Numbered from the stretch's first letter, positions 32,839 through 44,062 are shown. The stretch is 64,000 nucleotides of DNA from Candidatus Latescibacterota bacterium (GCA_965217865.1 CBDCJO010000002.1:192001-256000); one strand, 5' to 3'. The notes: a model not told the origin generated them from the sequence alone. Translations and numbers: made by a program.

Positions 32839-34249
32839 AGACCTCCACTCCTACCCCTCCTACAAACCCTCCGGCGTCGAGTGGCTCGGCGACGTGCCAG
32901 AGCATTGGGAGGTGCGGCGATTGAAATACTCAGTGACGCTACTTATGGGTCAGTCTCCATCCTCGAACGATTGCAGTGACGAGCGCATCGGCCCACCATT
33001 CTTGCAAGGCTGTGCGGAGTTCGGGGCGCATCACCCGAATCCTGTGCAATTTTGTCGTGCTCCATCAAGAATCAGTCCGATGGGTGCGATACTTATGTCA
33101 GTTCGCGCACCTGTCGGCAAGCTAAACACAGCCGATCAGGAATATGGCATTGGTCGGGGACTTTGTGCTATTACCTCAAACGAGAGAATTTCCCACACTG
33201 GATTCTCTCACTACCAACTCGAAACACTTGGTCATGGTTTGAAGTTGGTTTCCACTGGATCCACGTACGACGCTGTCAGCGTAGGTGATATTGGAAACCA
33301 GTCGTTGGTTCTCCCCCCCCTCCCCGAGCAAGCCACCATCGTCCGCTATCTCGACCACACCGACGAACGCATCAGGGCCTACATCCGCGCCAAGCAGAAG
33401 CTGATCAAGTTGCTTGAGGAGCAGAAGCAGGCCGTCATCCACCGCGCCGTCACCCGCGGCCTGGATCCCGACGTTCCCCTCAAGCCCTCCGGCGTCGAGT
33501 GGCTCGGCGACGTGCCAGAGCATTGGAAGGTGCGGCGACTTCTAACTGTTGCCGAAATGAGGGTCAGTAACGTGGATAAGCATACCAAGGAGGATGAATT
33601 ACCAGTCCGACTCTGCAATTATGTCGATGTTTACAAGAACGACCGTATCACTCAGGGGATGGCCTTCATGAACGCAACGGCCTCGCGAGAGGAGGTTGAG
33701 AGGTTCCGCCTACAGCGAGATGATGTCCTCATAACTAAGGACTCCGAGTCCTGGGACGACATTGGGGTTCCGGCTCTTGTGACGGAGCCAGCCGATGATC
33801 TTCTCTCCGGTTATCATTTGGCCTTACTGCGGCCTCTCAGACAGGTGCTAGGGGCTTATCTGGCCCGGACTTTACAAAGCAGGGGAGTTGCGTATCAGTT
33901 TCACGTAGAAGCGAAGGGTGTAACGCGATACGGCCTTACTCACGCTGGCATCCAATCGGTACACATTCCCCTCCCACCCCTCCCCGAGCAAGCCGCCATC
34001 GTCCGCTATCTCGACAAGGCCACCGCCGACATTGACACCGCGGTTGACCGCGCCCGCCGCCAGATCAACCTGCTACGCGAATACCGCACCCGCCTGATCG
34101 GCGACGTCGTGAGCGGCAGGCTCGACGTGCGTGATGTTGAGATTCCGGGGTCTGGGGAAGAGCCCGCATTCGACGGAACCAACGACCTGGAAGGGGAGAC
34201 GGAACCAGACGAGGCCGAGGTGATGGAGGAGGCCTGTTGTGACGACTGA
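32831..34249 (+). CDS. hsdS: Type I R-M specificity subunit
   Basis: Two TRDs bounded by repeated KPSGVEWLGDVPEHW and PPLPEQ segments. Confidence 0.95.
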   Translation: MIRDLHSYPSYKPSGVEWLGDVPEHWEVRRLKYSVTLLMGQSPSSNDCSDERIGPPFLQGCAEFGAHHPNPVQFCRAPSRISPMGAILMSVRAPVGKLNTADQEYGIGRGLCAITSNERISHTGFSHYQLETLGHGLKLVSTGSTYDAVSVGDIGNQSLVLPPLPEQATIVRYLDHTDERIRAYIRAKQKLIKLLEEQKQAVIHRAVTRGLDPDVPLKPSGVEWLGDVPEHWKVRRLLTVAEMRVSNVDKHTKEDELPVRLCNYVDVYKNDRITQGMAFMNATASREEVERFRLQRDDVLITKDSESWDDIGVPALVTEPADDLLSGYHLALLRPLRQVLGAYLARTLQSRGVAYQFHVEAKGVTRYGLTHAGIQSVHIPLPPLPEQAAIVRYLDKATADIDTAVDRARRQINLLREYRTRLIGDVVSGRLDVRDVEIPGSGEEPAFDGTNDLEGETEPDEAEVMEEACCDD

Positions 34250-37202
34250 CACCAGCGAGAAAGGCCTGGAATCGCTCATCGTCCGCTCGCTGATCGACGA
34301 GGCCGGCTATGCCGCCGGGGACCCGAGGGACTATGACCGCGACCATGCCGTCGACCTGGCCAAGCTTCTCGCCTTCCTGATCGCCACGCAGCCAGCGTCC
34401 GTCGAGACGCTCGGCATCGGCACGGATGGCCCGCAGCGCGTCCAGTTCCTCCACCGCCTTCAGGGCCAGATCGCCAAACGCGGCGTCATCGACGTACTGC
34501 GCAACGGCGTGAAGCACGGTCCTTGTTCTGTCGAGTTCTTCTTTGGCACGCCGTCTCCCGGCAACGCCAGGGCGGAGGAGTTGTTCGCCGCGAACGTCTT
34601 CAGCGTCACGCGCCAGCTGCACTACTCGAAGGACGAAACCAGGCTGTCGCTCGACGTGGCGCTCTTCGTCAACGGCCTGCCGGTCGCTACGTTCGAGCTC
34701 AAGAACAGCCTGACGAAGCAGACCGTCGAGGACGCCATCGAGCAGTACAAGCGCGACCGCGACCCGAGGGAACTGCTTTTCCGGTTCGGCGGCTGCGCCG
34801 TCCATTTCGCGGTGGACGATCACGAGGTGCGGATGTGCACCCACCTCAAAGGCGAGGGATCGTGGTTCCTGCCCTTCAACCAGGGTTGGAACGACGGTGG
34901 GGGCAATCCGCCGAATCCCGCCGGCCTCAAGACCGGCTACTTCTGGAAGGAGGTTCTGACCAGGCGGAACCTGACGGACATCCTCGAAAACTACGCCCAG
35001 GTGGTCGAGGAGAGGGACGACAAAGGCCGGAAGAAGGCCCCGAAGCAGATCTTCCCTCGTTTCCACCAACTCGACGTGGTTCGCAAGCTGCTGGCGGACG
35101 TGAAGGCTTCCGGCGCAGGCAGGCGCTACCTGATCCAACATTCGGCGGGATCGGGCAAGAGCAACTCTATTGCCTGGCTCGCCCACCAAATGATCGAACT
35201 GGAAACAGGCGGCAAACCGACTTTCGACTCCATCATCGTTGTCACCGACCGGCTGGTGCTCGACAGGCAGATCCGTGACACGATCAAGCAGTTCGCCCAA
35301 GTGGAATCCGTCGTCGGCCATGCGGAGCGGTCGGGTGACCTGCGAGCGTTCTTGAAGACCGGCAAGAAGATCATCATCACGACGGTCCAGAAGTTCCCGT
35401 TCGTTCTCGACGAGATCGGCGATGAACACCGAGGCCGCAGGTTCGCCATCATCATCGACGAAGCCCATTCGAGCCAGGGCGGCCGGACGTCCGCCGCGGT
35501 CTCCATGGCCCTGGGGACGGCCGGTGCCGGGGACGAAGACGAGACGACCGAGGACAAGATCAACCGGCTGATGGAGTCCAGGAGACTGCTGCCCAACGCC
35601 AGCTACTTCGCGTTTACCGCGACGCCGAAGAACAAGACGCTGGAGATTTTCGGAGAGCCCGTACCCAAGGCCGGGCAGGTCGGGCACGTTCCATTCCACA
35701 GCTACACGATGAAACAGGCGATACAGGAGGGCTTCATCCTGGATGTGCTGGAGCACTACACGCCGGTGGACAGCTACTGCCGGCTCATGAAGACGGTGGA
35801 GGACGATCCTCTGTTTGACACCAAACGAGCACAGAGGAAGCTTCGAAGATATATCGAATCGCACGAGCACGCCATCCGCCAGAAGGCGGAGATCATGGTC
35901 GATCACTTTCACGATCAGGTCATTGCGCGCCTTAAGATCGGCGGCCAGGCCCGGGCCATGGTGGTGACCGACGGTATCCAACGGGCGATCCGTTATTTTC
36001 ACTCCTTCGAGGAGTATCTGGAGGAACGCAAGAGCCCCTACCGGGCAGTAGTCGCCTTCTCGGGCGAGCACGAATACGGCGGACGGAGGGTCACCGAGGC
36101 GTCGCTCAATGGATTTCCGTCTGGCAAGATTGCCGACAGGATACGGGAAGACCCTTACCGGTTTCTGGTTTGCGCCGACAAGTTCCAGACCGGCTACGAC
36201 GAGCCGCTCTTGCACACCATGTACGTGGACAAGGTGCTCTCGGGCATCAAGGCGGTTCAGACGATCTCACGATTGAACCGTGCGCGTCCGCAGAAGCACG
36301 ACACTTTCGTGCTGGACTTCATGAACGATGCCGAGGGCATCGGAGCGTCGTTCGAACCTTACTATCGAACCACGATTCTCAGCGAAGAAACCGATCCGGA
36401 CAAGCTGCACGACCTGAGGACCGGCCTCGATGGTTATCAGGTCTACAACCGGGATCAGGTGGAGGAACTCGTCGCTCTCTACTTGAGCGGAGCCGACCGC
36501 GACCGGATCGATCCGATCCTGGATGACTGCGTGGCGATCTACAGATCCGACCTCGACGAGGACGGCCAAGTCGATTTCAAGGGCAAAACGAAGGCGTTCA
36601 CACGGACTTATGGGTTCCTCTCGTCGATTCTGCCGTACACAAACGCGGAATGGGAGAAGCTGTCCATATTTCTAACCTTCCTGACGCCCAGGCTGCCGGC
36701 GCCTGAGGAGCAGGACCTGTCAAAGGGCATTCTCGAGGCGATCGACATGGACAGCTACCGGGTCGAGGTACGGGCGAGGATGGCGATCCCCCTGCCTGAC
36801 GCGGACGCTGAGATTGGTCCGGTGCCGACGAGTGGCGGCGGCCGGAAACCAGAGCCGGAGGTCGACTACCTGAGCAACATTCTCAAGACCTTCAACGAGC
36901 TGTTCGGCAACATCGAGTGGAAGGATGCCGACAAGATCGGCAAGGTCATTACCGAGGAGCTGCCGGACAAGGTCGCTGCCGACAAACCCTATCAGAACGC
37001 TATGAAGAACTCCGATCGGCAGAACGCCCGGATTGAACACGACAAGGCACTCGAACGGGCTGTGATTGAATTGCTTTCCGACCACACTGAACTCTTCAAG
37101 CAGTTCAGTGACAATCCTTCATTTCATAAGTGGCTTTCTGAGATCATCTTTACAGCAACCTACCATCAAGGGGCTGAAGGTGGGAGCCTGTCAGTCCCGT
37201 AG
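34239..37202 (+). CDS. hsdR: Type I R-M restriction subunit
   Basis: FELKN, HSAGSGKS, DEAH, FTATP and QTGYD motifs. Confidence 0.95.
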   Translation: MTTDTSEKGLESLIVRSLIDEAGYAAGDPRDYDRDHAVDLAKLLAFLIATQPASVETLGIGTDGPQRVQFLHRLQGQIAKRGVIDVLRNGVKHGPCSVEFFFGTPSPGNARAEELFAANVFSVTRQLHYSKDETRLSLDVALFVNGLPVATFELKNSLTKQTVEDAIEQYKRDRDPRELLFRFGGCAVHFAVDDHEVRMCTHLKGEGSWFLPFNQGWNDGGGNPPNPAGLKTGYFWKEVLTRRNLTDILENYAQVVEERDDKGRKKAPKQIFPRFHQLDVVRKLLADVKASGAGRRYLIQHSAGSGKSNSIAWLAHQMIELETGGKPTFDSIIVVTDRLVLDRQIRDTIKQFAQVESVVGHAERSGDLRAFLKTGKKIIITTVQKFPFVLDEIGDEHRGRRFAIIIDEAHSSQGGRTSAAVSMALGTAGAGDEDETTEDKINRLMESRRLLPNASYFAFTATPKNKTLEIFGEPVPKAGQVGHVPFHSYTMKQAIQEGFILDVLEHYTPVDSYCRLMKTVEDDPLFDTKRAQRKLRRYIESHEHAIRQKAEIMVDHFHDQVIARLKIGGQARAMVVTDGIQRAIRYFHSFEEYLEERKSPYRAVVAFSGEHEYGGRRVTEASLNGFPSGKIADRIREDPYRFLVCADKFQTGYDEPLLHTMYVDKVLSGIKAVQTISRLNRARPQKHDTFVLDFMNDAEGIGASFEPYYRTTILSEETDPDKLHDLRTGLDGYQVYNRDQVEELVALYLSGADRDRIDPILDDCVAIYRSDLDEDGQVDFKGKTKAFTRTYGFLSSILPYTNAEWEKLSIFLTFLTPRLPAPEEQDLSKGILEAIDMDSYRVEVRARMAIPLPDADAEIGPVPTSGGGRKPEPEVDYLSNILKTFNELFGNIEWKDADKIGKVITEELPDKVAADKPYQNAMKNSDRQNARIEHDKALERAVIELLSDHTELFKQFSDNPSFHKWLSEIIFTATYHQGAEGGSLSVP

Positions 37203-37214
37203 TCGATTAGGGGC

Positions 37215-37507
37215 GTGAGGCACAAATCAGATACGATGTCATTCAGCTACTATTCCACTTGGACGATTCAGTCGGTACTCCAAGAATACGAGCATACAGG
37301 GACAGTGTTCGGTGCTGTCAACAAGAGCCAGTTTGAAGCCTTGCGGGTGATTGAGCCAAACCCTAACATCGTTGAAGCGTTCGATTCATGCGCTCGGCCC
37401 ATGGCAGGTCAAACATTGCAGAATCCCGCGCCCTCGCCGCCCTGCGCGACGCGCTCCTGCCCAAGCTAGTGTCGGGGGAATTACGGGTAGATGTGGGGGG
37501 CACATGA
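37215..37507 (+). pseudogene. hsdS C-terminal fragment of a second type I system
   Basis: TGTVFGAVNKSQF... then ESRALAALRDALLPKLVSGELRV in a shifted frame. Confidence 0.7.
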
Positions 37508-37610
37508 ACAACCCATGGGACGGGAAAGCGGAATGATTCAGTCAGGGTCCGAGCTCACTAAGGATGCACAGTGGGCATTTGACGGGCAACGAAGCTGAGG
37601 GGTCCAGTTC

Positions 37611-38411
37611 TTGACCAACTTCGACGGAATCAGCGCAAAGATCAGGCGGGCGGACGATCAAACAAGCTCGCTCAAGGCCGACATGGACAGGTTCTGCGAG
37701 GACATACGACAATCAATCGTCCATAAGGTCCGCGAAGACGCTGACGATCAGGTATGGGTATTTCGTGGCGCGACGCCCAATGTCCCCATCGAGTGGTCCG
37801 TCAGACTTGGGGAGATTCTCTACAACCTGCGATCTGCGCTTGATCACCTTGTCTGGCAACTGGTTCTCGCCAATGGACAGAAACCGGGGAATCACAATGC
37901 ATTCCCTATCGTCAATAAACAGTGTGACTGGCAGGGAGCGACAAGCCAAAAGAAACTGAAGGGCGTGACGCCAAAAGTCAAGGCAATGATCGAACGCTTG
38001 CAACCATATACCGGGGGCATCAATCTTCTGTTTGATGTTTCGGCGTTTTGGACGCTCCATTCTCTCTGCAACATCGACAAGCACAGGCACCTGAATATGG
38101 TTATCGTTGGATCATATGGAATCAATCACCCCCTGCTTCACGGACCGAGCACCAACTCACCGCTCAAGGGATCGGGTGCCTTGGGAAAGATTGAGAAGGG
38201 CCAAGTTCTATTCTGTCTCAACAGCGCTGTGGAAGAGTTTGATCCCTCTTTTCAACTAGACGTACGCCTTGAGGACGAACGGGAACCCGAAGTGACCGCC
38301 GGCACGGTTTCGAGCATTCTCCACGAATGCCTTGCAGCCGTTCGAGGGACCGTTGAGCTACTCGCCAAGGAAACTACCGAACATGGAGCGATCTCTCGGT
38401 GGGGGTCCTGA
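37611..38411 (+). CDS. Hypothetical protein
   Basis: GEILYNLRSALDHL and NIDKHR motifs, 266 aa. Confidence 0.7.
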   Translation: MTNFDGISAKIRRADDQTSSLKADMDRFCEDIRQSIVHKVREDADDQVWVFRGATPNVPIEWSVRLGEILYNLRSALDHLVWQLVLANGQKPGNHNAFPIVNKQCDWQGATSQKKLKGVTPKVKAMIERLQPYTGGINLLFDVSAFWTLHSLCNIDKHRHLNMVIVGSYGINHPLLHGPSTNSPLKGSGALGKIEKGQVLFCLNSAVEEFDPSFQLDVRLEDEREPEVTAGTVSSILHECLAAVRGTVELLAKETTEHGAISRWGS

Positions 38412-38799
38412 TGTGGTTGGTTTCCTATATCGAATCCGGCCATCTCGCCGCCCTTGACGATACGTTGCCACCAGAGACGATCCTGAGCCGTATCGGCAGG
38501 TTGAAAACGCAATCGTTGACTGGCAGGGAATCCTTTTGTAGTATTAGAGGGTTTTGGACCTGCTTTGCTCTTTGCACTCACCTTTACCATTAGAAATAGT
38601 GTTCCGTGGAATCTCTCCTCCCTTTAATATCCTGCAAGACATCATTCCAGTCTGAGCGGGATATGACCGCGATTCAGGTTGGAGAGTGACGGGCGTCTGC
38701 GGCCTCGCCACTCGGCGGGGCGGATGGAACCATCCGGCAGGCTTGTTGATGATGAAAAACACTAAGTACCAGGTGGCGCTATCCTTTGACGCGCAGTAT

Positions 38800-39105
38800 G
38801 GCAACGCAGACCGCAGCCGCGCTTGCTCCCTGTATTGTTCCGGAGACAAGGCTGCATGTCCTTCGCTTGGAAGGTCAGGGCGCTTATAGAAACGTTCATA
38901 AAAGGCATTTTCAGCAGCCTTCATCTCTTTCCTTACTGTCCAGCGGACCTCTGCAGCCTCCGATTCAGTGGCATACACGCTATCAACGGGCTCCAGATTC
39001 TGTGAGATTCGGATAGCAACATTGGGCAAGATGAAGACCCAAACGGCCCAGAGACCCAGAAGCCCCAGGAAGGATGTCAACCGTCTATGCGTGAGGGCGG
39101 AGCCC
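38800..39105 (-). pseudogene. ABC-2 permease internal fragment
   Basis: SFLGLLGLWAVWVFILPN. Confidence 0.5.
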
Positions 39106-39132
39106 AAAAGGGCCGGGGACACATAGTCCAGG

Positions 39133-40635
39133 TGTATCTATTCTGAGATAACAAGAGAAAAGTAGATAAAGGTCCAAGCAAGATTCAGGCAGCCTTGTGG
39201 ATGGTCTGGGATGTTCTTTGCCGATTGATTTCTATGCGGCGCTGCCGAGCCTCCTCCTTTCGACCTTGTCGGTGGTGAAGAATCTTTTGATGCTGGCCTT
39301 TATGCCTCTGAAGAGGCGTGACATACTGTATTGCCCCGTGATAGCGTTCGGCGTTGTAGCTGTGAATGAAGGAATCAATCAGGCCTTCCAGTTGATGGAA
39401 TGTGAAGATGTCCTGGAAGCGCAGCCAGTCGTATTTGAATGTCCGGAAAAAGGCTTCGATCCAGGCGTTGTCCGTGGGTGTTTGATATCGGGCAAACAGC
39501 TGCGAGATGCCCAGGTCCTTGAAGAATTGGGCCATCGATTTGGCCTTCATCTGAGATCCGTGATCTGAGAGGGCTGTCAAGCTTATGGGCCCAGTGTCCA
39601 GGTCCAGCAGTCCTTCGTTGGCAAGGGCTTGATCCCAGGCCTGTTTGACCTGCTCCACGGTCGCGTTGAAGGAGAGCTTCCATCCTACGATCTTCCTGGA
39701 ATACACGTCGAGAATGGCGGTAAAATACAGGAACAAACCGAAAAATGGGATGTAGGTCAGGTCCCAGCTCCAGACCTGATTAGGACCTTCAGGTTTGACC
39801 TGGGGCTTGCTCTGCTTGACCGGCGTCCTCACCTGTTTCCTGCGTGCCAGACGTTCTTTCCTGGCCTGTCGGTAGAAGCTGGAGGCCGAGGCCTGCACTA
39901 CCCCCTTCTCTGAGGCTACCACCGCCAGCTGATGGGGAGGCAGATCGGCATAGGTCTCATCCCTTAAGAGGGCCGGGATTTGCTCTTTCTCCTCCCTCAG
40001 CAATCCGTGTGGGGCCTTATCAGGGGCGGGCCCGGGCTTCCCATCCAAAAGCGGGTCCGACACCCCATCCAGCTTCTCTTCTCGATCTCGCCGGCTCCAG
40101 GCACAATACCGCTGGAGGGGAAGCTGTAGGATCTCGCAAGAACGGGTGAGTTTCACCCCTTTCTCCTTGGCCCGATGGACCATTAAGAGGATCTCGCGTT
40201 TGACCTCAGCTTGCACCCGGTGGCCCTTGATCGGGCCTGTCAGATCCCATTCACACTTTTTTTTAGCAGGGAAAGTTCCACAGATTGCTCAATGATCGTT
40301 TGCTCCAGGCGTGCCCGCTCTTTGCGCAGCTGCTCCACCTCCTCAGCCGATACCATCGGCTTGCGGCTCCGGCGACCCTTGAACTCCTTGAGGGCCCCGG
40401 ACTTGACCGACTCACGAATACGCTTTAGATCCGAGGAATGAATGCCCCATTTCCGCAGCACCTGTGCAATGGGAACATCTCCCCGGCTGGCTTCAAGGAA
40501 AATCTCATACTTCTGTTCCGGGGACAAGCTCCTGCGCTTCTTGACCGGGTCACTGTTTGAGGACAGTTGCTCCATCTTTACTCCTCCTGTGAGGTCAGGG
40601 ATATCCCAAAATATGTATCCCTTCTCAACCCTACA
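39133..40635 (-). mobile_element. IS3-like element (orfA 40240-40575, orfB 39185-40216)
   Basis: TG...CA ends; WSWDLTY, SDHGSQ and DNAWIEAFF motifs. Confidence 0.85.
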
Positions 40636-40706
40636 GGCAACCAGGATCTTGCTTCGACCTTGCCCCCGTTTTTTCGGGCGATCTCAGACAAAAGATAAAT
40701 TGCCTT

Positions 40707-41465
40707 ATGAAGTTCGATGACCGATCATACCTAAAGGCATATGATCACAACTACCGAGTCGCTTACGAAGAAGGCTTAACATATCTTGGCGAAGGGGCTT
40801 CACAGAAAAAGGATCGTCAGCGCCTCAAGGGACTACTTCGAAGAATCCCACATTCTCCGAGGAAGACCAAGATTTTGGATCTGGGATGTGGGGACGGAAC
40901 GATCGGCCTCTATCTGACAGGGCTTGGATATGACTACCTCGGCATCGACATCTCCGAGGCGGGCATCGAACGAGCCAGACAACGAGCGGCTGAAAATGAT
41001 GTGGGAGCAAGATTCGAAGTTGAGAATGTGCTGGACCTCCACAACTTCCAGACCAACGGGTTTCCGATCGTTATCGACTGCTATTGCTTCCATATGTTTG
41101 TTCTCGATGCTCATAGAGCAGCGTATTTTGAGAATGTTAGACGAGTCCTACGAGACGACGGGTATTTCATCCTTTTTGGTCAGCGCGATGAGGCCGCGTA
41201 TGAAGGTCCGGTTACCTCATTCGATGAATTTTGCAGGCTGACGGGCACCAGCACTTCTGGGATTCCGTTTCAGAAGTACCAAGAAGGTCAGTGGAGGAAT
41301 GTAAAAGGCAAAAGGGTATTTCTACTTGGTCGTGCGCGGAGTCTGAAGGGATACAAAGAAGAACTAACGAAGGCTGAGTTCAACGTTGAGTACCGGGCGA
41401 CCTATGGACGGAATCGACGGAATGCAGGATTCATACTGAAGAAGAGCAGGGAGAGCCTGTCATAA
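40707..41465 (+). CDS. Class I SAM-dependent methyltransferase, cassette gene
   Basis: ILDLGCGDG motif; followed by attC R'' GTTTAAC. Confidence 0.85.
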   Translation: MKFDDRSYLKAYDHNYRVAYEEGLTYLGEGASQKKDRQRLKGLLRRIPHSPRKTKILDLGCGDGTIGLYLTGLGYDYLGIDISEAGIERARQRAAENDVGARFEVENVLDLHNFQTNGFPIVIDCYCFHMFVLDAHRAAYFENVRRVLRDDGYFILFGQRDEAAYEGPVTSFDEFCRLTGTSTSGIPFQKYQEGQWRNVKGKRVFLLGRARSLKGYKEELTKAEFNVEYRATYGRNRRNAGFILKKSRESLS

Positions 41466-41519
41466 GACCTTTCGGAAGGCTCTAACAGCGGCAACTGCGT
41501 TTAACACATATTAAAGGCC

Positions 41520-42006
41520 CCGGGTCAAGAAAAAAAGACTCCTCCATCACGATTTTCACCGTTTTTTTGCGACCCTAACGTTCGGGGCGTGCAATGAGCC
41601 GATCCGAAGAGGTTTGGCGATGTTCGGATCTTTGTCAGTCGTCGGTCTGACTTGATTTTCACAAACCGGGCTAGATGTGAGCCATCTGCACCAAACACGT
41701 ATCGGGAATCAAGCGCCTCTCACGGTATACTGTGGAGCGCCCTGGGAGAGGCATTGTCCTCTCCCTCCAGAAAATAATCGGTACCCCTTGAGTCCCAATC
41801 AAGAAGGATGGCTGTTCTCCCCTTTTATGAGGGGGAACGCCAGTTAGGTTCGGGTTCATCGCGGGGGCAGACGGACTGACTGTCTCAGATCCGCTCATCT
41901 ATGTTCTAAATAAGGGGTGAAGGCGGCTTCCCAATCAAGCCGATGAGCTGGGCTATTGTCCGGACGTTGCCCTGCCAGTTAGGCGCCGGGTTAACCGCCC
42001 CACCCA
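41520..42006 (-). ncRNA. Putative bridge/seek RNA of element B
   Basis: Two repeated modules CCTAAC-tggc...cttgattggga enclosed by stems. Confidence 0.7.
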
Positions 42007-43050
42007 TTATGCTACAAACCGTTTCTCGTCGAATGCCTGGCCGTTTTTGAGCATTTGGTAGGCGGCCACGCCGAATTTGTGAGCGATGACGCTCTTGGCT
42101 TTTCCCGGACCTTGTTTGCTTTTGAGCTTCTCGTAGTATCTATTGATCGGTTCTGACCATCGCTGGGCGACGAGGATGATTTCTGAGAAGGCCCACTTTA
42201 GGTGTGGGTTGCCGATTTTGTTATTCCCGTCCTTTGTCTTCTTTCCAGCGGACTCTCTCTCGACTTTGATCAGCCGGCTGTAGGAGGAGAAGGCTGAAGC
42301 GGATTTGAACCGTTCAATCGTGTGGATTTCATACAGGATGGTCATGGCCAACATCTCCCCAAGTCCGGGAACCGTCATCAGGATAGACAGGACATTGCGA
42401 TCGTGATGTTTGGCCTGTGCCAAGACTTGCTTCTCGACTTTGTAGATCATTTTGTCCAGGGAGTCAACCAGGTCCAGATCGCAGTCCACAGACATACTCA
42501 GATCTGGGTCGGCCAGACGTTCGCACAGCTTTCTCCTGTTGCTCTTCTTTTTGACCTGGTCGCTGAGAGGATCCAGGATAGCTTGCTGAGAGAAGGTGTT
42601 CTGGATGTGGGTGTAACACTCAGCCCGTAAGGCCACAAACCGGTGTCTTCGCCGGAGCAGGTCCCGGGTTGCCCGCATCTCTTGCGGATAGGCATAGGCC
42701 ATCGGGAACAGGTTGCAGCGCATCAGCTCAGCCAGCATTCTGGAATCGAGACGGTCGTTCTTTTTCTTGCCCCCATGGATCGCCTTCATATACAGGGCGT
42801 GTCCCAGGTAGAATGGAATCCCGGCCTTGTGACACCCGTCAGCCAGCCAGTACCAGTTGAAGGTTGACTCCACCCCGACGGCGATGCTACCGAGGTGAGT
42901 TTCCAGCACCTGCAGCAGGAGCTTGAAGTCGTTTTTCAGGTTGCGCTGGAACACAATCTCTCCCATCTTGTCCATGATGCAGACAAACATCGTTCTGGCG
43001 TGGAGATCGATGCCACAGAAATAGTTCGAGTCGATCCTTGCGTATTGCAT
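42007..43050 (-). CDS. IS110-family DEDD recombinase
   Basis: GIDLH, VEST, KNDRLDS, ESAGK and GNPHLKW motifs. Confidence 0.95.
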   Translation of the reverse strand: MQYARIDSNYFCGIDLHARTMFVCIMDKMGEIVFQRNLKNDFKLLLQVLETHLGSIAVGVESTFNWYWLADGCHKAGIPFYLGHALYMKAIHGGKKKNDRLDSRMLAELMRCNLFPMAYAYPQEMRATRDLLRRRHRFVALRAECYTHIQNTFSQQAILDPLSDQVKKKSNRRKLCERLADPDLSMSVDCDLDLVDSLDKMIYKVEKQVLAQAKHHDRNVLSILMTVPGLGEMLAMTILYEIHTIERFKSASAFSSYSRLIKVERESAGKKTKDGNNKIGNPHLKWAFSEIILVAQRWSEPINRYYEKLKSKQGPGKAKSVIAHKFGVAAYQMLKNGQAFDEKRFVA

Positions 43051-43239
43051 AAGGCCCTCCTGTGGGAGAAAGGTGATTGAGATATCCGGATCTCAATTAT
43101 AACCTCTCCTGACAACGAGGGCCTTTATATTAATATCACCCCATTGCCGGCTTCGGACCATTCGGGCCTTCGCGAAACCCCTTCGGGGTTCGGCAATGGT
43201 GGAACGTTAGTGGCCATGCTCGAAAATTGAGGGTTTCAA

Positions 43240-43710
43240 ATGACTGATGGCACGATTACGGTAAGGCTGGCCGAAAGAGGAGACGCGACTTCCTTACTCG
43301 ATGTCCTGCCTCAAATCAGTAGTCGACCCGATAGCCTCTCCGCAACAACCCTTGGAGTCGAGGAGTCGCACTCCTACTTGGGTGAACCAGTAGGCTGGTC
43401 GGGGCCAGCGAAGCGGACGCCGATCTCGGCTTCATGGCGCATCGGATACGCAAGGCATTGGGAAAAAGGTGACGCCTTGTTTCAAGGCCCTGTACTTGAT
43501 GCCGCGGTCGCGAACGACGACTGGAAGACAATCCTGACAAAATGCCCGGTGCGAGAGTCCACCGCGTTGGACGACATTTCAGCCGCTTTGGGCTTCCGAA
43601 AAATGCAGGACTACGAGAAAGCAGTTCGCTATCTCCTCGCAGAAGACGATAACGCGCTCGCATTTGTGAGGGGTTTATTCGACAACTTGTTCGACCAAAT
43701 GCAAGGTTGA
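43240..43710 (+). pseudogene. Chimeric ORF: GNAT N-terminus fused to an unrelated C-terminus
   Basis: ITVRLAERGDA is a GNAT start directly after attC R'; the sequence character changes near 43380. Confidence 0.5.
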
Positions 43711-44062
43711 TCGCCTTTGTCGCTCGCGGGCTACAATGAAGTGGCAACTCAGCGAGTTTCATGTCTGTGCAATGCCTCGCCATCCCTTCGAGGATCTGTT
43801 TCTCATCCTCGGCTAAGATAGCGGAGGAGCACGGGGCAGATCAGCTGCCCACTCAAAAAAACGAACTCAAGCCCATCTGAAAACGTGCTGGGTGATTCCG
43901 CCCAAGGAAAACGCCGCATTCGTAGCTTGCATGGAGAATCTTCTGGATCTGTATCACCGGCCCTAGCCGACGGCTTTCGCATCTTATGCGGACGCCTACT
44001 TCGGTCTACTGGAGTCCCTGGAGCAGCTTTTCGAAAAGCCTGTGGACTTGGTGGTCGGGTCC

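Larger units (their letters stand above)
41507..43136 (-). mobile_element. IS1111-type (IS110 family) element B, copy 1, 1630 bp
   Basis: CA core on both sides, subterminal IRs taaaggccc/gggccttta, long 3' non-coding region. Confidence 0.9.
41499..43212 (+). other. attC site split by IS110/IS1111 element B
   Basis: GTTTAA-CA-[IS]-ccccattgccggcttcgg...cggcaatggtggaac-GTTAGTG; matches the intact site at 6178-6260. Confidence 0.85.

Noticed and set aside
32860-34020. hsdS internal repeats as a phase-variable shufflon
   Set aside because: They are the normal direct conserved regions; no inverted silent TRDs of the same family and no invertase nearby
34065-36215. 716-aa minus-strand ORF, and similar ORFs at 29894-30646, 16253-17185 and within 60976-63894
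   Set aside because: Antisense shadows of GC-rich hsdR, hsdM, IS3 and helicase genes
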